Assembly (NCBI GenBank): GCA_963705365.1
Contig: OY970074.1
Coordinates: 866,064 to 930,063 of the forward strand
Origin: an uncultured Solirubrobacterales bacterium
Lineage (GTDB): Bacteria > Actinomycetota > Thermoleophilia > Solirubrobacterales > 70-9
Length of the DNA stretch: 64,000 nucleotides
Direction of reading: 5' to 3'
A program made the position numbers and the translations under genes. Under the pieces are notes generated by a model. The model was not told the DNA's origin and did not search any database. It worked only from the letters and a program-made list of their open reading frames with translations. Shown here piece after piece: positions 18,097 through 27,237 of the stretch; positions within the stretch are counted from its first letter, which is position 1; each line of letters starts with the position of its first letter.

Positions 18097-19146
18097 ATGC
18101 GCGTAGTCGTGGTCGGGGCCACCGGCAACGTCGGCACGAGCGTCCTCGACGCGCTCGCCGCCGAGCCGCAGGTCAGCGAGATCGTCGGTCTTGCCCGCCG
18201 CCTGCCCGAGCTGGAAAGGCCGAAGGTCCGCTGGGCAGCCGTAGACATCTCCTCCGGCGAGCTCGTCCCTCACTTCCGGGGTGCCGATGCGGTCGTCCAT
18301 CTCGCCTGGGCGATCCAGCCGAGCCACGACGAGCCGGTGATGGAGCGGACCAACGTGCTGGGCAGCCGTCGAGTGTTCGAGGCGGTGGCGGACGCGGGCA
18401 TCGGCAACCTCGTCTACACCTCCTCTGTCGGGACCTACAGCCCGGGGCCCAAGGACGAACGAGTCGACGAGTCCTGGGCCACCGACGGCATCCCGACTTC
18501 CGCCTACTCGCGCCACAAGGCCGCCGTCGAGCGTCTGCTCGACGAGTTCGAAGCCTCCTCGCCCGCGGTGCGGGTGGTGCGGATGCGGCCGGGGCTGATC
18601 TTCAAACGCGAGGCGGCGAGCGAGATCCGGCGCCTCTTCATCGGCCCGCTGTTGCCGAACATGCTGGTGCGGCCGCGGTTGATCCCATTCGTGCCGGCGA
18701 TTCCGAATCTGCGCTTCCAGGCCGTGCACGCCGGCGACGTCGGCGATGCCTATCGGCGCGCGGTGGTGAGCGACGCGCGAGGCGCGTTCAACATCGCGGC
18801 GGAGCCGGTGATCGGCCCCGAGGAGCTGGGCTCGCTCCTCAAGGCGAGACCGGTCCGCATGCCGGCGCGCGTACTCCGCGCCGCCGCCGACCTCAGCTGG
18901 CGCGCGCACCTGCAGCCCGCCGATGCCGGCTGGATTGACCTGGCGCTGGGTGTGCCGCTGATGGATATCTCGCGGGCGCGCGAGGAGCTCGGTTGGCAGC
19001 CGGCGATGACCTCGCTGGAGGCCCTGACCGAGCTGCTGCGGGGCCTGCGCGACGCTGAGGGGCTCGAGACGCCCCCGCTCGACACCAAAGCGGGCGGTCC
19101 CGGCCGGATCGGCGAGTTCCTCACCGGCATCGGGCAGCGTCGCTGA
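18097..19146 (+). CDS. NAD-dependent epimerase/dehydratase family protein
   Basis: 349 aa with Rossmann motif VVGATGNVG and YSRHK. Confidence 0.85.
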   Translation: MRVVVVGATGNVGTSVLDALAAEPQVSEIVGLARRLPELERPKVRWAAVDISSGELVPHFRGADAVVHLAWAIQPSHDEPVMERTNVLGSRRVFEAVADAGIGNLVYTSSVGTYSPGPKDERVDESWATDGIPTSAYSRHKAAVERLLDEFEASSPAVRVVRMRPGLIFKREAASEIRRLFIGPLLPNMLVRPRLIPFVPAIPNLRFQAVHAGDVGDAYRRAVVSDARGAFNIAAEPVIGPEELGSLLKARPVRMPARVLRAAADLSWRAHLQPADAGWIDLALGVPLMDISRAREELGWQPAMTSLEALTELLRGLRDAEGLETPPLDTKAGGPGRIGEFLTGIGQRR

Positions 19147-19227
19147 ACGCCGGGGTCGGGGCCGAGACGCTCGACCAGGGATGACCCCGCACCGTCGAGC
19201 AGTCGCGTTATGGCAGCGCGCCGCCGC

Positions 19228-20409
19228 TCAAGGCGTCAGCAGGACCTTGACGGCGCCGTCCTGCTTCTGCTGGAACATCTCGTAAGCGTCGGGCGCCTGC
19301 TCCAGCGGCACCTTGTGGGTGGCGAAGTCGTCGACCCCGAGCGGATCGTCGTCGCTCAACAGCGGCATGATCTCGTCGACCCAGCGCCGTACATTCGCCT
19401 GGCCCATCCGCAGCTGAATCTGCTTGTCGAAGAGGGTCAGCATCGGCAGCGGATCGGCCATGCCGCCGTAGACCCCGATCAGCGAGATCGTGCCGCCGCG
19501 ACGGACGATCTCGATCGCCAGATGAAACGCGGTGAGCCGATCGACCCCAGCTTTTTCGATCAACTTCCTGGCAACCGCGTCGGGGAGCAGGCCGGCGATG
19601 TCGTGGGCGAGCTTGCCAATCGGGGCGCCGTGCGCCTCCATCCCCACGGCGTCGATCACCGAGTCAGGCCCGCGGCCGCCGGTCATCTCGCGGATCGTCG
19701 CGACGATGTCGTCCTCGCCCTCGAGGTCGAGCGCCTCGACACCCCGCTTGCGCATGCGCTCCAGCCGCTCCGGTACGAGGTCGACGCCGATCACCCGCTC
19801 GACTCCCTGCTGCTGGGCAACCCGGCAGCACATGTCGCCGATCGGGCCGAGGCCGAGCACGACGACGCTGCCGCCCTTCGGCACGTTGGCGTACTCAACC
19901 GCCTGCCAGGCGGTGGGAAGGACGTCGGAGAGGAACAGGTAGCGCTCGTCCGGCGGCCCCTCCGGCACCTTGATCGGGCCGTACTGCGCCTGCGGCACGC
20001 GCAAAAACTGTGCCTGCCCGCCCGGCACCTCGCCGTAGAGCTTGGTGTAGCCGAACAGGGCCGCGCCCATTTCCTGCTCGCGCACCTGGGTCGTCTCGCA
20101 CTGGGTCTGCAGGCCCTGGTCGCACATGAAGCAGTGGCCGCAGGCGATCTGGAAGGGCATCACGACCCGGTCGCCGGGGGCGAGCTCGGTGACGGCGCTG
20201 CCGACCTCCTCGACGATTCCCATCGGCTCGTGGCCGAGGATGTCCCCCTCGCCCATGAAAGGTCCCAGCACCTCGTAGAGATGCAGGTCCGAACCGCAGA
20301 TCGCCGTCGTGGTGATCCGCACGATCGCGTCCGTCGGCTCCTCGATCGTCGGGTCGGGGACCTCGTCGACCCTGACGTCGCGTTTGCCGTGCCAGGTCAC
20401 CGCTTTCAT
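19228..20409 (-). CDS. zinc-dependent alcohol dehydrogenase (formaldehyde-dehydrogenase-like)
   Basis: 393 aa with GHEPMGIVEEVG, CGHCFMC and GLGPIG. Confidence 0.9.
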   Translation of the reverse strand: MKAVTWHGKRDVRVDEVPDPTIEEPTDAIVRITTTAICGSDLHLYEVLGPFMGEGDILGHEPMGIVEEVGSAVTELAPGDRVVMPFQIACGHCFMCDQGLQTQCETTQVREQEMGAALFGYTKLYGEVPGGQAQFLRVPQAQYGPIKVPEGPPDERYLFLSDVLPTAWQAVEYANVPKGGSVVVLGLGPIGDMCCRVAQQQGVERVIGVDLVPERLERMRKRGVEALDLEGEDDIVATIREMTGGRGPDSVIDAVGMEAHGAPIGKLAHDIAGLLPDAVARKLIEKAGVDRLTAFHLAIEIVRRGGTISLIGVYGGMADPLPMLTLFDKQIQLRMGQANVRRWVDEIMPLLSDDDPLGVDDFATHKVPLEQAPDAYEMFQQKQDGAVKVLLTP

Positions 20410-20481
20410 CGCTTTCCTCCGTTCGCACGCCCTTTGCCGTCTCGCTCGGGGTACCCCTGGCGCCGGGAAACTGAACCTGGT

Positions 20482-20533
20482 GCGAACGCCAGGACTTTTG
20501 GACGCTATGGCAACAAAAAGTCCTGGCGTTCGC
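20482..20533. repeat. 18-bp perfect inverted repeat in a divergent promoter region
   Basis: gcgaacgccaggactttt (20482-20499) and aaaagtcctggcgttcgc (20516-20533) flank a 16-nt spacer. Confidence 0.8.
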
Positions 20534-20579
20534 TCGCGACGCCGGGCGTGCCTTCGCCGGGCCTGGGTAGGTTGAGGGC

Positions 20580-21161
20580 GTGACCCGCAGGGGCACCCGA
20601 CATGACCGGCACCAGGGCGGCTCCGGCGCCACCGCCCTGCTCGTCGTCGACATGCTCAATCCCTACCGGCACACGGAGGCCGACCGCCTCGCGGCAAGGG
20701 TCGAGGGCGCGGTGCCGGCGATCCGGAAGCTGCTCGATCGCGCCGGCGAGACCGACCTCCCCGTCATCTACGTCAACGACAACTACGGCGACTGGAACTC
20801 CTCCGCCAAGGAGCTCGCAGACGGGGCGATGGAAGGCAAGCACCCAGAGTTGGTCGAGCCGGTTCTCCCAGGCGAGGGGCACTCGTTTGTGATCAAGGCC
20901 CGCCACAGCGTCTTCTACGAGACCCCGCTCGAGTACCTGCTCGACCAGATGGGGGTCGACAGGCTCGTCATCGCCGGCCAGGTGACCGAGCAGTGCATCC
21001 TCTACAGCGCCCTCGACGCTTACGTCAGGCACTTCCGTGTCGTCATCCCCACTGATGGGGTGGCTGCGATCTACGACCACCTCGCCAAGGCGGCGCTGGA
21101 GATGATGCAGCGCAATCTCTCAGCCGAGCTCTGCACCGCCGCCGGCTGCGCGCTGGAGTGA
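20580..21161 (+). CDS. isochorismatase family cysteine hydrolase
   Basis: 193 aa with ALLVVDMLN, VIAGQVTEQCILYSALDA (catalytic Cys region). Confidence 0.85.
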   Translation: MTRRGTRHDRHQGGSGATALLVVDMLNPYRHTEADRLAARVEGAVPAIRKLLDRAGETDLPVIYVNDNYGDWNSSAKELADGAMEGKHPELVEPVLPGEGHSFVIKARHSVFYETPLEYLLDQMGVDRLVIAGQVTEQCILYSALDAYVRHFRVVIPTDGVAAIYDHLAKAALEMMQRNLSAELCTAAGCALE

Positions 21162-22144
21162 GCGTGGGCAAGCTCGAGGACTACAAGGCGAAACGGGACT
21201 TCGGGACCACGCCGGAGCCCTCCCCACGGCGAGACCGCAAGAAGAAACGGGCGCCCCGGTTCGTCGTGCAGGAACACAGCGCCCGGCGGCTGCACTGGGA
21301 CCTACGCCTGGAGCACGAGGGCGTCGCCGCCTCCTGGGCCGTCCCGAATGGCATTCCCGCCGACCCAACGGAAAACCGCAAGGCGGTCCACACCGAGGAC
21401 CACCCGCTCGAGTACCTTGATTTCGAGGGGGAGATCCCTGCCGGCCAGTACGGCGCCGGGACGATGCGGATCTGGGATCGCGGCACGTATGAGTGCGAGA
21501 AGTGGGAGGACGGCAAGATCGTCTTCAGCTTTGAGGGCCAGCGCCTGCGCGGGCGCTACGCGCTGTTCCGCGCCGGCAGCGAGAAGGACTGGATGATCCA
21601 CCGGATGGATCCGCCGCAGGAACGGCGCGACCCGTTTCCCGAGGCGGTCGAGCCGATGCTGGCGCGACCGGCCCGGCTGCCGCGCAACGAACAAGGCTGG
21701 GCCGCGGAGGTTTGCTGGCAGGGGGAGCGGGCGATCGCCTACAGCCGCCCCGGGCGCCTGCGGCTTCGCGGAGGCGACGGCGACGTCTCGGATAGCTGCC
21801 CGGGCATTCACCGCCTCACGCGCCAGCTCGGCGCCCGCGAGGCGGTGCTCGACGGCGTCATCCAGGCGGCGACGACCGACCAGCGGGCCTATTACGCGAT
21901 CTTCGACCTCCTCTACCTGGAGGGGGACGACCTGATGGCCGAGCCCTACGAGCACCGGCGCGAACTGCTGCAAGAGCTCGACCTCTCCGGCGAGGCCTGG
22001 CAGACCCCGAGCTATTCGGTCGGACGCCTCAGGGAGCTGCGCGACGCGAGCCGCGAGCGGGGCCTGGGCGGCCTGATCCTGAAGCGGCTCGACAGCCCCT
22101 ACGAACCCGGCGGCCGCTCGGACGCGTGGCGCAGCGTGCGGTAG
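21158..22144 (+). CDS. LigD 3'-phosphoesterase (PE) domain fused to a degenerate, truncated ATP-ligase adenylation domain
   Basis: 328 aa. The PE motifs are KLEDYKAKRDFGTTPEP, VVQEHSARRLHWDLRLE. In the C-terminal half, ligase motif I reads EVCWQGERA instead of ExKxDGxRA, and motif V reads WRSVR instead of WxKxK. There is no OB domain. Confidence 0.8.
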   Translation: MSVGKLEDYKAKRDFGTTPEPSPRRDRKKKRAPRFVVQEHSARRLHWDLRLEHEGVAASWAVPNGIPADPTENRKAVHTEDHPLEYLDFEGEIPAGQYGAGTMRIWDRGTYECEKWEDGKIVFSFEGQRLRGRYALFRAGSEKDWMIHRMDPPQERRDPFPEAVEPMLARPARLPRNEQGWAAEVCWQGERAIAYSRPGRLRLRGGDGDVSDSCPGIHRLTRQLGAREAVLDGVIQAATTDQRAYYAIFDLLYLEGDDLMAEPYEHRRELLQELDLSGEAWQTPSYSVGRLRELRDASRERGLGGLILKRLDSPYEPGGRSDAWRSVR

Positions 22145-22238
22145 CCGCTCGCGTTTCAGGCCGATCGGCCGGGGGTATCCAGCGGCTGACTTCGAGCGCA
22201 ACGGGTCACCTCGGTGGCCCCGACCCAAGGAGAGAGCA

Positions 22239-22721
22239 ATGGCTGAGCTGACCACGTTGGAGGAGAAGCTGGCGGAGGTCCTCGGGCTTGCCCAGGCGGC
22301 CCAGGGAGCGACGGAGAAAATCGAGGGCCTGGTCGACGACGAGGAGGTCGCCGGCGTGCTCGCCCAGATGCGCGAGGAGGCCGAGGAGACGGAGCGGCGC
22401 TGCACCGAGCTAGCCGACGCCCGCGATGGCAAGAAGACCGCGATCCTCGAAAAAGCCCAGGAAACGAAATCCGAGGCAACGGAGATGATGAGCACCTACC
22501 TCGGCGACGACGCCGACGGGCTCGACGGCTTCGAGTTCCTGACCATGGCCGAGGCTGGCGAGGTCGGCCACTGGGCGGTGCTCGGCAAGCTCAACGAGTC
22601 GGCCGGGGAGGAGCAGGTGTCCGAACTGGTGAGCTGGGCGCTGCCGATCCAGGAACGCCACTTCGACCAGACCAAGGAGTGCTCGCTGAAGCTGGCGGGC
22701 GAGGAGGACCCCTACGAGTAG
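22239..22721 (+). CDS. hypothetical acidic helical protein
   Basis: 160-aa ORF with coding-like composition and no firm family assignment. Confidence 0.5.
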   Translation: MAELTTLEEKLAEVLGLAQAAQGATEKIEGLVDDEEVAGVLAQMREEAEETERRCTELADARDGKKTAILEKAQETKSEATEMMSTYLGDDADGLDGFEFLTMAEAGEVGHWAVLGKLNESAGEEQVSELVSWALPIQERHFDQTKECSLKLAGEEDPYE

Positions 22722-22735
22722 GGGTAGGGGCCCCG

Positions 22736-23755
22736 GTGAGCGCCCCAGCGGCGGGCGGCCGGCGGCTGCGACGCTCCGACTGCGCCGGCGCCGGGATCCA
22801 GCGGCGCCGGCGCGGCCGCGGCTTCTCCTATGAGGACGCGAACGGGGAGCCGATCGACGACGAGGAGACGTTGCGGCGAATCGGCGAGCTGGCGATCCCA
22901 CCGGCCTGGGAAGACGTCTGGATCTGCGCCGATCCAATGGGCCACATCCAGGCGACCGGCTTCGACGAAGCCGGTCGCAAGCAGTACCGCTACCACGACC
23001 GCTGGGAGCAGCGGCGGGCCGCGCGCAAGTACGAGGCGATGCGCGAGTTCGCCCGCGCGCTGCCGCGGCTGCGCCGTGCGGTCAGCAGTGATCTGGCGCT
23101 GGAGGGGATGCCGAGGGAGCGGGCGCTGGCTTGCGCCGTGCGGCTACTCGACCTCGGCTTCTTCAGGGTCGGGGGAGAGGAGTACGCCGAGGCGAACGAG
23201 AGCTACGGGCTGGCGACGATCCGGCGCCAGCACATCTCGATCAAGGATGGGGAGATGATCTTCGACTTCCCGGCCAAGAGCGGGCAGCGGCGGGTGCAGT
23301 CGATCCACGACCGGGGTGCCCGCGAGGCGATCGAAGCGATGCGCCGCCGCCGCGGCGGGCCCGACGACCTGCTCGCTTTCCGCGAGGACGGTGGCTGGCG
23401 CGACGTCCGCTCGGTCGACGTCAACGCCTACATCCAGGACAAGATTGGGGAGCAGTTCTCCGCCAAGGACTTCCGTACCTGGAGCGGCACCGTCCTCGCC
23501 GCGACGGCGCTGGCGGGCGCGCCGCCGCCGCAGTCGGAGGCCGCCGCACGGCGCACGATCGCCGCGGCCGTGGAGAGCGTCGCCGCGGCGCTCGGCAACA
23601 CCCCCGCGGTCTGCCGCCGCTCCTACATCGACCCCCGTGTCTTCGACCGCTACCGCAACGGGGACACGATCGCCCCTGTCTCCTCTCCGAATGGGGAGAT
23701 GAGCCAGCGGGTTCGCGCCCGGGTCGAGCGCAGCGTTCTCGCCTTGATCTCCTGA
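22736..23755 (+). CDS. DNA topoisomerase IB (bacterial/poxvirus-like)
   Basis: GTG 22736 lies within track ORF 22679..23755. Motifs include RGRGFSY, AIPPAWEDVWI, DEAGRKQYRYH and the catalytic Tyr context CRRSYIDP. Confidence 0.88.
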   Translation: MSAPAAGGRRLRRSDCAGAGIQRRRRGRGFSYEDANGEPIDDEETLRRIGELAIPPAWEDVWICADPMGHIQATGFDEAGRKQYRYHDRWEQRRAARKYEAMREFARALPRLRRAVSSDLALEGMPRERALACAVRLLDLGFFRVGGEEYAEANESYGLATIRRQHISIKDGEMIFDFPAKSGQRRVQSIHDRGAREAIEAMRRRRGGPDDLLAFREDGGWRDVRSVDVNAYIQDKIGEQFSAKDFRTWSGTVLAATALAGAPPPQSEAAARRTIAAAVESVAAALGNTPAVCRRSYIDPRVFDRYRNGDTIAPVSSPNGEMSQRVRARVERSVLALIS

Positions 23756-23818
23756 CCGATGTAATCAGCGCCGTTTGTCTGCCGGCCGCACGGGGTAGCC
23801 CGAGAGTGGACAAGGACA

Positions 23819-23844
23819 GCCCGCCGGCCTTCGCGCCGGCGGGC
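23819..23844 (+). terminator. GC-rich hairpin downstream of the topoisomerase IB gene
   Basis: gcccgccggc-cttcgc-gccggcgggc (10-bp stem) followed by gaatattt. Confidence 0.5.
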
Positions 23845-23874
23845 GAATATTTCGACTCAAACGGGGGAGATTGC

Positions 23875-24454
23875 ATGTTCCCGCTCAAGGACAAGCGGAT
23901 CGCCTTCCTGACGGCCAACGAGGGTGTCGAGCAGATCGAGCTCGACGGAGCCGCTCGAAGCGGTGCGTGGGGCAGGTGCCGAAGTCGACCTGCTGGCGCC
24001 CGAAGCGGGTGAGGTCCAGGCCTTCAACCATCTCGACAAGGGCGAGAAATTCGAGGTCGACCGCGCTGTCGGCGACGCCGACGCCTCCGAGTACGACGGC
24101 CTGGTGCTACCGGGCGGGGTCGCCAACCCAGACCAGCTCAGAACGAAGCCGGAGGCGGTCGAGTTCGTGCGCGCTTTCTTCGAGGGCGGCAAGCCAGTGG
24201 GGGCGATCTGCCACGCACCGTGGACGCTGATCGATGCCGAGGTCGTGCGCGGGCGCACCCTCACCTCCTGGCCCAGCCTCGAGACCGACCTGCGCAACGC
24301 CGGCGCCGAGTGGGTCGACGAGGAGGTCCACGTCGACGAGGGCCTGGTCACCAGCCGCAAACCGGATGACCTCGAAGCGTTCATCTCGAAGCTGCTGGAG
24401 GAGTTCGCCGAGGGCGTTCACGAAGGCCAGCACAGGAGCGCCGCCGCCCGCTGA
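23875..24454 (+). pseudogene. DJ-1/PfpI family type-1 glutamine amidotransferase-like protein, frame interrupted by an apparent 1-nt insertion near 23943-23944
   Basis: MFPLKDKRIAFLTANEGVEQIEL (frame from ATG 23875) continues as TEPLEAVRGAGAEVDLL...AICHAPW in track ORF 23924..24454. The join is at gagctc-g-acg. Confidence 0.8.
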
Positions 24455-24468
24455 CGGAAGGAGACGCC

Positions 24469-24807
24469 ATGCCACCGCGCGGAGTCAAGAAAGGCAGCAA
24501 GCGGGACCGCCAGTACAAACACATCAAAAAGAGCGAGAAGGAAGCCGGCCGCTCGACCAAACGGGCGGAGGAGATCGCGGCGCGCGCCGTCAACAAGGAA
24601 AAGGCGCGCTCGGGCGAGTCGAAGAGCTCGTCGCGCAGCTCGACCCGCGGACGATCGGCAAGCAGCCGCGGCGGCAAGCAGTCGGGCAAAGGTCCCGGTG
24701 GCCGCACCCGCGAACAGCTCTACAACGACGCCAAGAAGCTGGGCATCGAAGGCCGCTCGAATATGAGCAAGAAAGAACTCCAACGCGCTGTGGCCGGCGC
24801 GAGTTGA
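24469..24807 (+). CDS. basic protein with C-terminal Rho-N-like (SAP-like) domain
   Basis: 112 aa. Lys/Arg/Ser-rich, ending in TREQLYNDAKKLGIEGRSNMSKKELQRAV. Confidence 0.65.
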   Translation: MPPRGVKKGSKRDRQYKHIKKSEKEAGRSTKRAEEIAARAVNKEKARSGESKSSSRSSTRGRSASSRGGKQSGKGPGGRTREQLYNDAKKLGIEGRSNMSKKELQRAVAGAS

Positions 24808-24820
24808 GGGCCCTGGCCCT

Positions 24821-25774
24821 TTGACGCAGGTCGGCTACACCCTGTCCAGCGAGGAGAACGATCCCCCGGCGCTGGTCGCGCAAGCGGCCCGCGCCGAGGA
24901 GGTCGGATTCTCCTTCGCTTCGATCTCCGACCACTTCCATCCCTGGGTCGACCGCCAGGGCCAGAGCCCGTTCGTCTGGGGCGTGCTGGGAGCGATCGCC
25001 CAGCGCACGGAGCGCTTGGAGCTGATCACCGGCGTGACCTGTCCGACCGTCCGCATCCACCCGGCGATCATCGCCCAGGCCGCCGCAACGGCGGCGATGC
25101 TCCTGCCGGGCCGGTTCTCGCTCGGCCTCGGCAGCGGCGAGAACCTCAACGAGCACATCCTCGGCGACCGCTGGCCCCCGGTGGCCGAGCGTCAGGAGCG
25201 TCTCGAGGAGGCGATCGAGGTGATCCGCCGGCTCTGGGAGGGCAAGCTCTGCAGCCATCGCGGCCGCCACTACACGGTTGAGAACGCCCGCCTCTACAGC
25301 CTGCCGGAGCAGGCGCCGCCGATCCTGGTTGCCGTGGCCGGGAAGAAATCGACCGAGTTGGCCGGGCGCTGCGGCGACGGCCTCGTCGGAACCGCACCCA
25401 TCGCCGAGACGATCGAGCGCTTCCGCGCCGGCGCCGGCGCCGACAAGCCGGCCTACGGGCAGATCCACGTCTGCTGGGCGGAGAGCGAGGAGGAGGCGCG
25501 GCGCACCGCGCTGGAGTGGTGGCCGAACGGCGCCTTCAGCGGCAGCCATTTCCTCGAGCTGCCGCTGCCCGCCCACTTCGAAGAGGCGGCGGAGATGGTC
25601 GACGAGGACGACATCGCCGAAAGCGTGATCTGCGGCCCCGATCCCCAGCGCCACCGCGACGCGATCGCCGAATACGCCGATGCCGGCTACGACCACGTCT
25701 ACGTCCACCAGGTCGGCCCTGACCAGGAAGGCTTCTTCGACTTCTACGAGCGCGAGATTCTGCCGAGCTTCTGA
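24821..25774 (+). CDS. LLM-class F420-dependent oxidoreductase (TIGR03557-like)
   Basis: 317 aa. GYTLSSEE....L...A..AE..GF....ISDHFHPW is typical of this luciferase-like clade. Confidence 0.8.
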   Translation: MTQVGYTLSSEENDPPALVAQAARAEEVGFSFASISDHFHPWVDRQGQSPFVWGVLGAIAQRTERLELITGVTCPTVRIHPAIIAQAAATAAMLLPGRFSLGLGSGENLNEHILGDRWPPVAERQERLEEAIEVIRRLWEGKLCSHRGRHYTVENARLYSLPEQAPPILVAVAGKKSTELAGRCGDGLVGTAPIAETIERFRAGAGADKPAYGQIHVCWAESEEEARRTALEWWPNGAFSGSHFLELPLPAHFEEAAEMVDEDDIAESVICGPDPQRHRDAIAEYADAGYDHVYVHQVGPDQEGFFDFYEREILPSF

Positions 25775-26410
25775 CGATCGCCGCGCAGTTCGTCGATCGA
25801 TTCGACGACCTCGGCGGCGCCGGCCTCGCGCAGCTCTTGCTCGGAGAAGCCCCCGGTCAGGACGGCCAGAGTCGGGATGCCGGCGGCGCTCGCAGCCTTC
25901 ACGTCCCAGGTCGAGTCGCCGATCATCAGCGCCGGGCCGTCGCCGGCCTTCCCCAGAGCCGTGCTCACCAGGTCCGCGGCCGGCTTCGTCTGCTCGACGT
26001 CGGCCGAGCTGGTCCAGCCGTCGACGAGATCACGGGCGTCGAGCAGATCGAGGTAATGGTCGACCTCGTCCTGCTTCGCCGAGCTCGGCGAGGATCACCG
26101 TCGAGCCATCGGAGCGCAGATCCTCGATCAGCCCCCGCGCGCCCTGCATCGGCTCGACTTCGCCGATCAACTCGGCGTAGGCCTCGCCCTCGGCGGCGCG
26201 GATCTCGTCGCCTTCGTCCTCCTCCACCTCGTCTCCCGTGAGCGCCGCGACGATCTTGTCGCCGCCCATGCCGATGTGGCGGTGCACTTTCCACATCTGC
26301 ACGCCGTGGCCATGCGCTCGCAGAGCGCGGTGCCAGGCGATCGCGTGGTGGTAGTTGGTGTCGACCAGCGTGCCGTCGACGTCGAGGATCGCGGTGAACG
26401 ACATGGACAC
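25744..26410 (-). pseudogene. HAD-superfamily hydrolase, frame interrupted by an apparent 1-nt insertion near 26086
   Basis: The N-terminal part is in track ORF 26030..26410 (motif I ILDVDGTLVDT). The C-terminal part is in ORF 25744..25968 (motif IV GDSTWDV). Skipping one base after ...TVILA restores SSAKQDEVDHYLDLLDARDLVDGW.... Confidence 0.8.
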
Positions 26411-26468
26411 GGCCTACCCGCGCTTGACCGCAAGCCAAACGGGTAGCCGCGTAGCGAGGAGGTCGTTC

Positions 26469-27209
26469 GTGAAACCGGTGCGGATCGGATGTTCGGGGTG
26501 GAGCTACAGCGACTGGAAGGGCGGCCTCTACCAGGACGTGCCGGCCTCGGCATGGCTCGAGCGCTACGCGGAGGTCTTCGACACGGTGGAGGTCAACGCG
26601 ACCTTCTACCGGCTGCCGAAGCGTGAGACCGTCGCCGGCTGGGTCGAGCAGACGCCCGATGCCTTCATCTTCGCGATCAAGGGAAGCCGCTACTTGACCC
26701 ACATCCGGCGGCTGCGGAACATCGAGGAGGGAGTCGCCCGTTTCTGGGAGCCGCTCGAGCCATTGCGCGAGGCCGACCGGCTCGGCCCCGTCCTCTGGCA
26801 GCTGCCGGCGAACTTCCCGCGGGACGACGGCATCCTCGAGGCCGCGCTCGCTGCCCTGCCGCCGGCGCGCCACTGCTTCGAGTTCCGCCATCCCAGCTGG
26901 TTCGCCGAAGGGGTCCGTCGCCGGCTCAACGAACGCGGCGCCTCGCTCGCGCTCGGCGACGACGCCCGGCGGCCGCTGCCCGACGCGAGCCCGCTGGGGG
27001 AGATCGCCTACCTGCGTCTCCACTACGGATCCCGCGGCAGAGACGGCAACTACTCGTCGGCCGAGCTCGCTCGCTGGCGCCGGCGGGTCGCGGCCTGGCG
27101 GGCGCGGCGCGAGGTCTTCGTCTACCTCAACAACGACTGGCGCGGCTTCGCGCCTGCCAATGCGCGCGAGCTGCGGCACGGCCTCTCACGGCCGGTCGCG
27201 CGTGTGTAG
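26469..27209 (+). CDS. DUF72 domain protein
   Basis: GTG 26469. IGCSGWSYSDWKG and TFYRLP are typical of DUF72. Confidence 0.8.
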   Translation: MKPVRIGCSGWSYSDWKGGLYQDVPASAWLERYAEVFDTVEVNATFYRLPKRETVAGWVEQTPDAFIFAIKGSRYLTHIRRLRNIEEGVARFWEPLEPLREADRLGPVLWQLPANFPRDDGILEAALAALPPARHCFEFRHPSWFAEGVRRRLNERGASLALGDDARRPLPDASPLGEIAYLRLHYGSRGRDGNYSSAELARWRRRVAAWRARREVFVYLNNDWRGFAPANARELRHGLSRPVARV

Positions 27210-27237
27210 CGGCGACGCCAGGGGGTATCTGCCTCCT

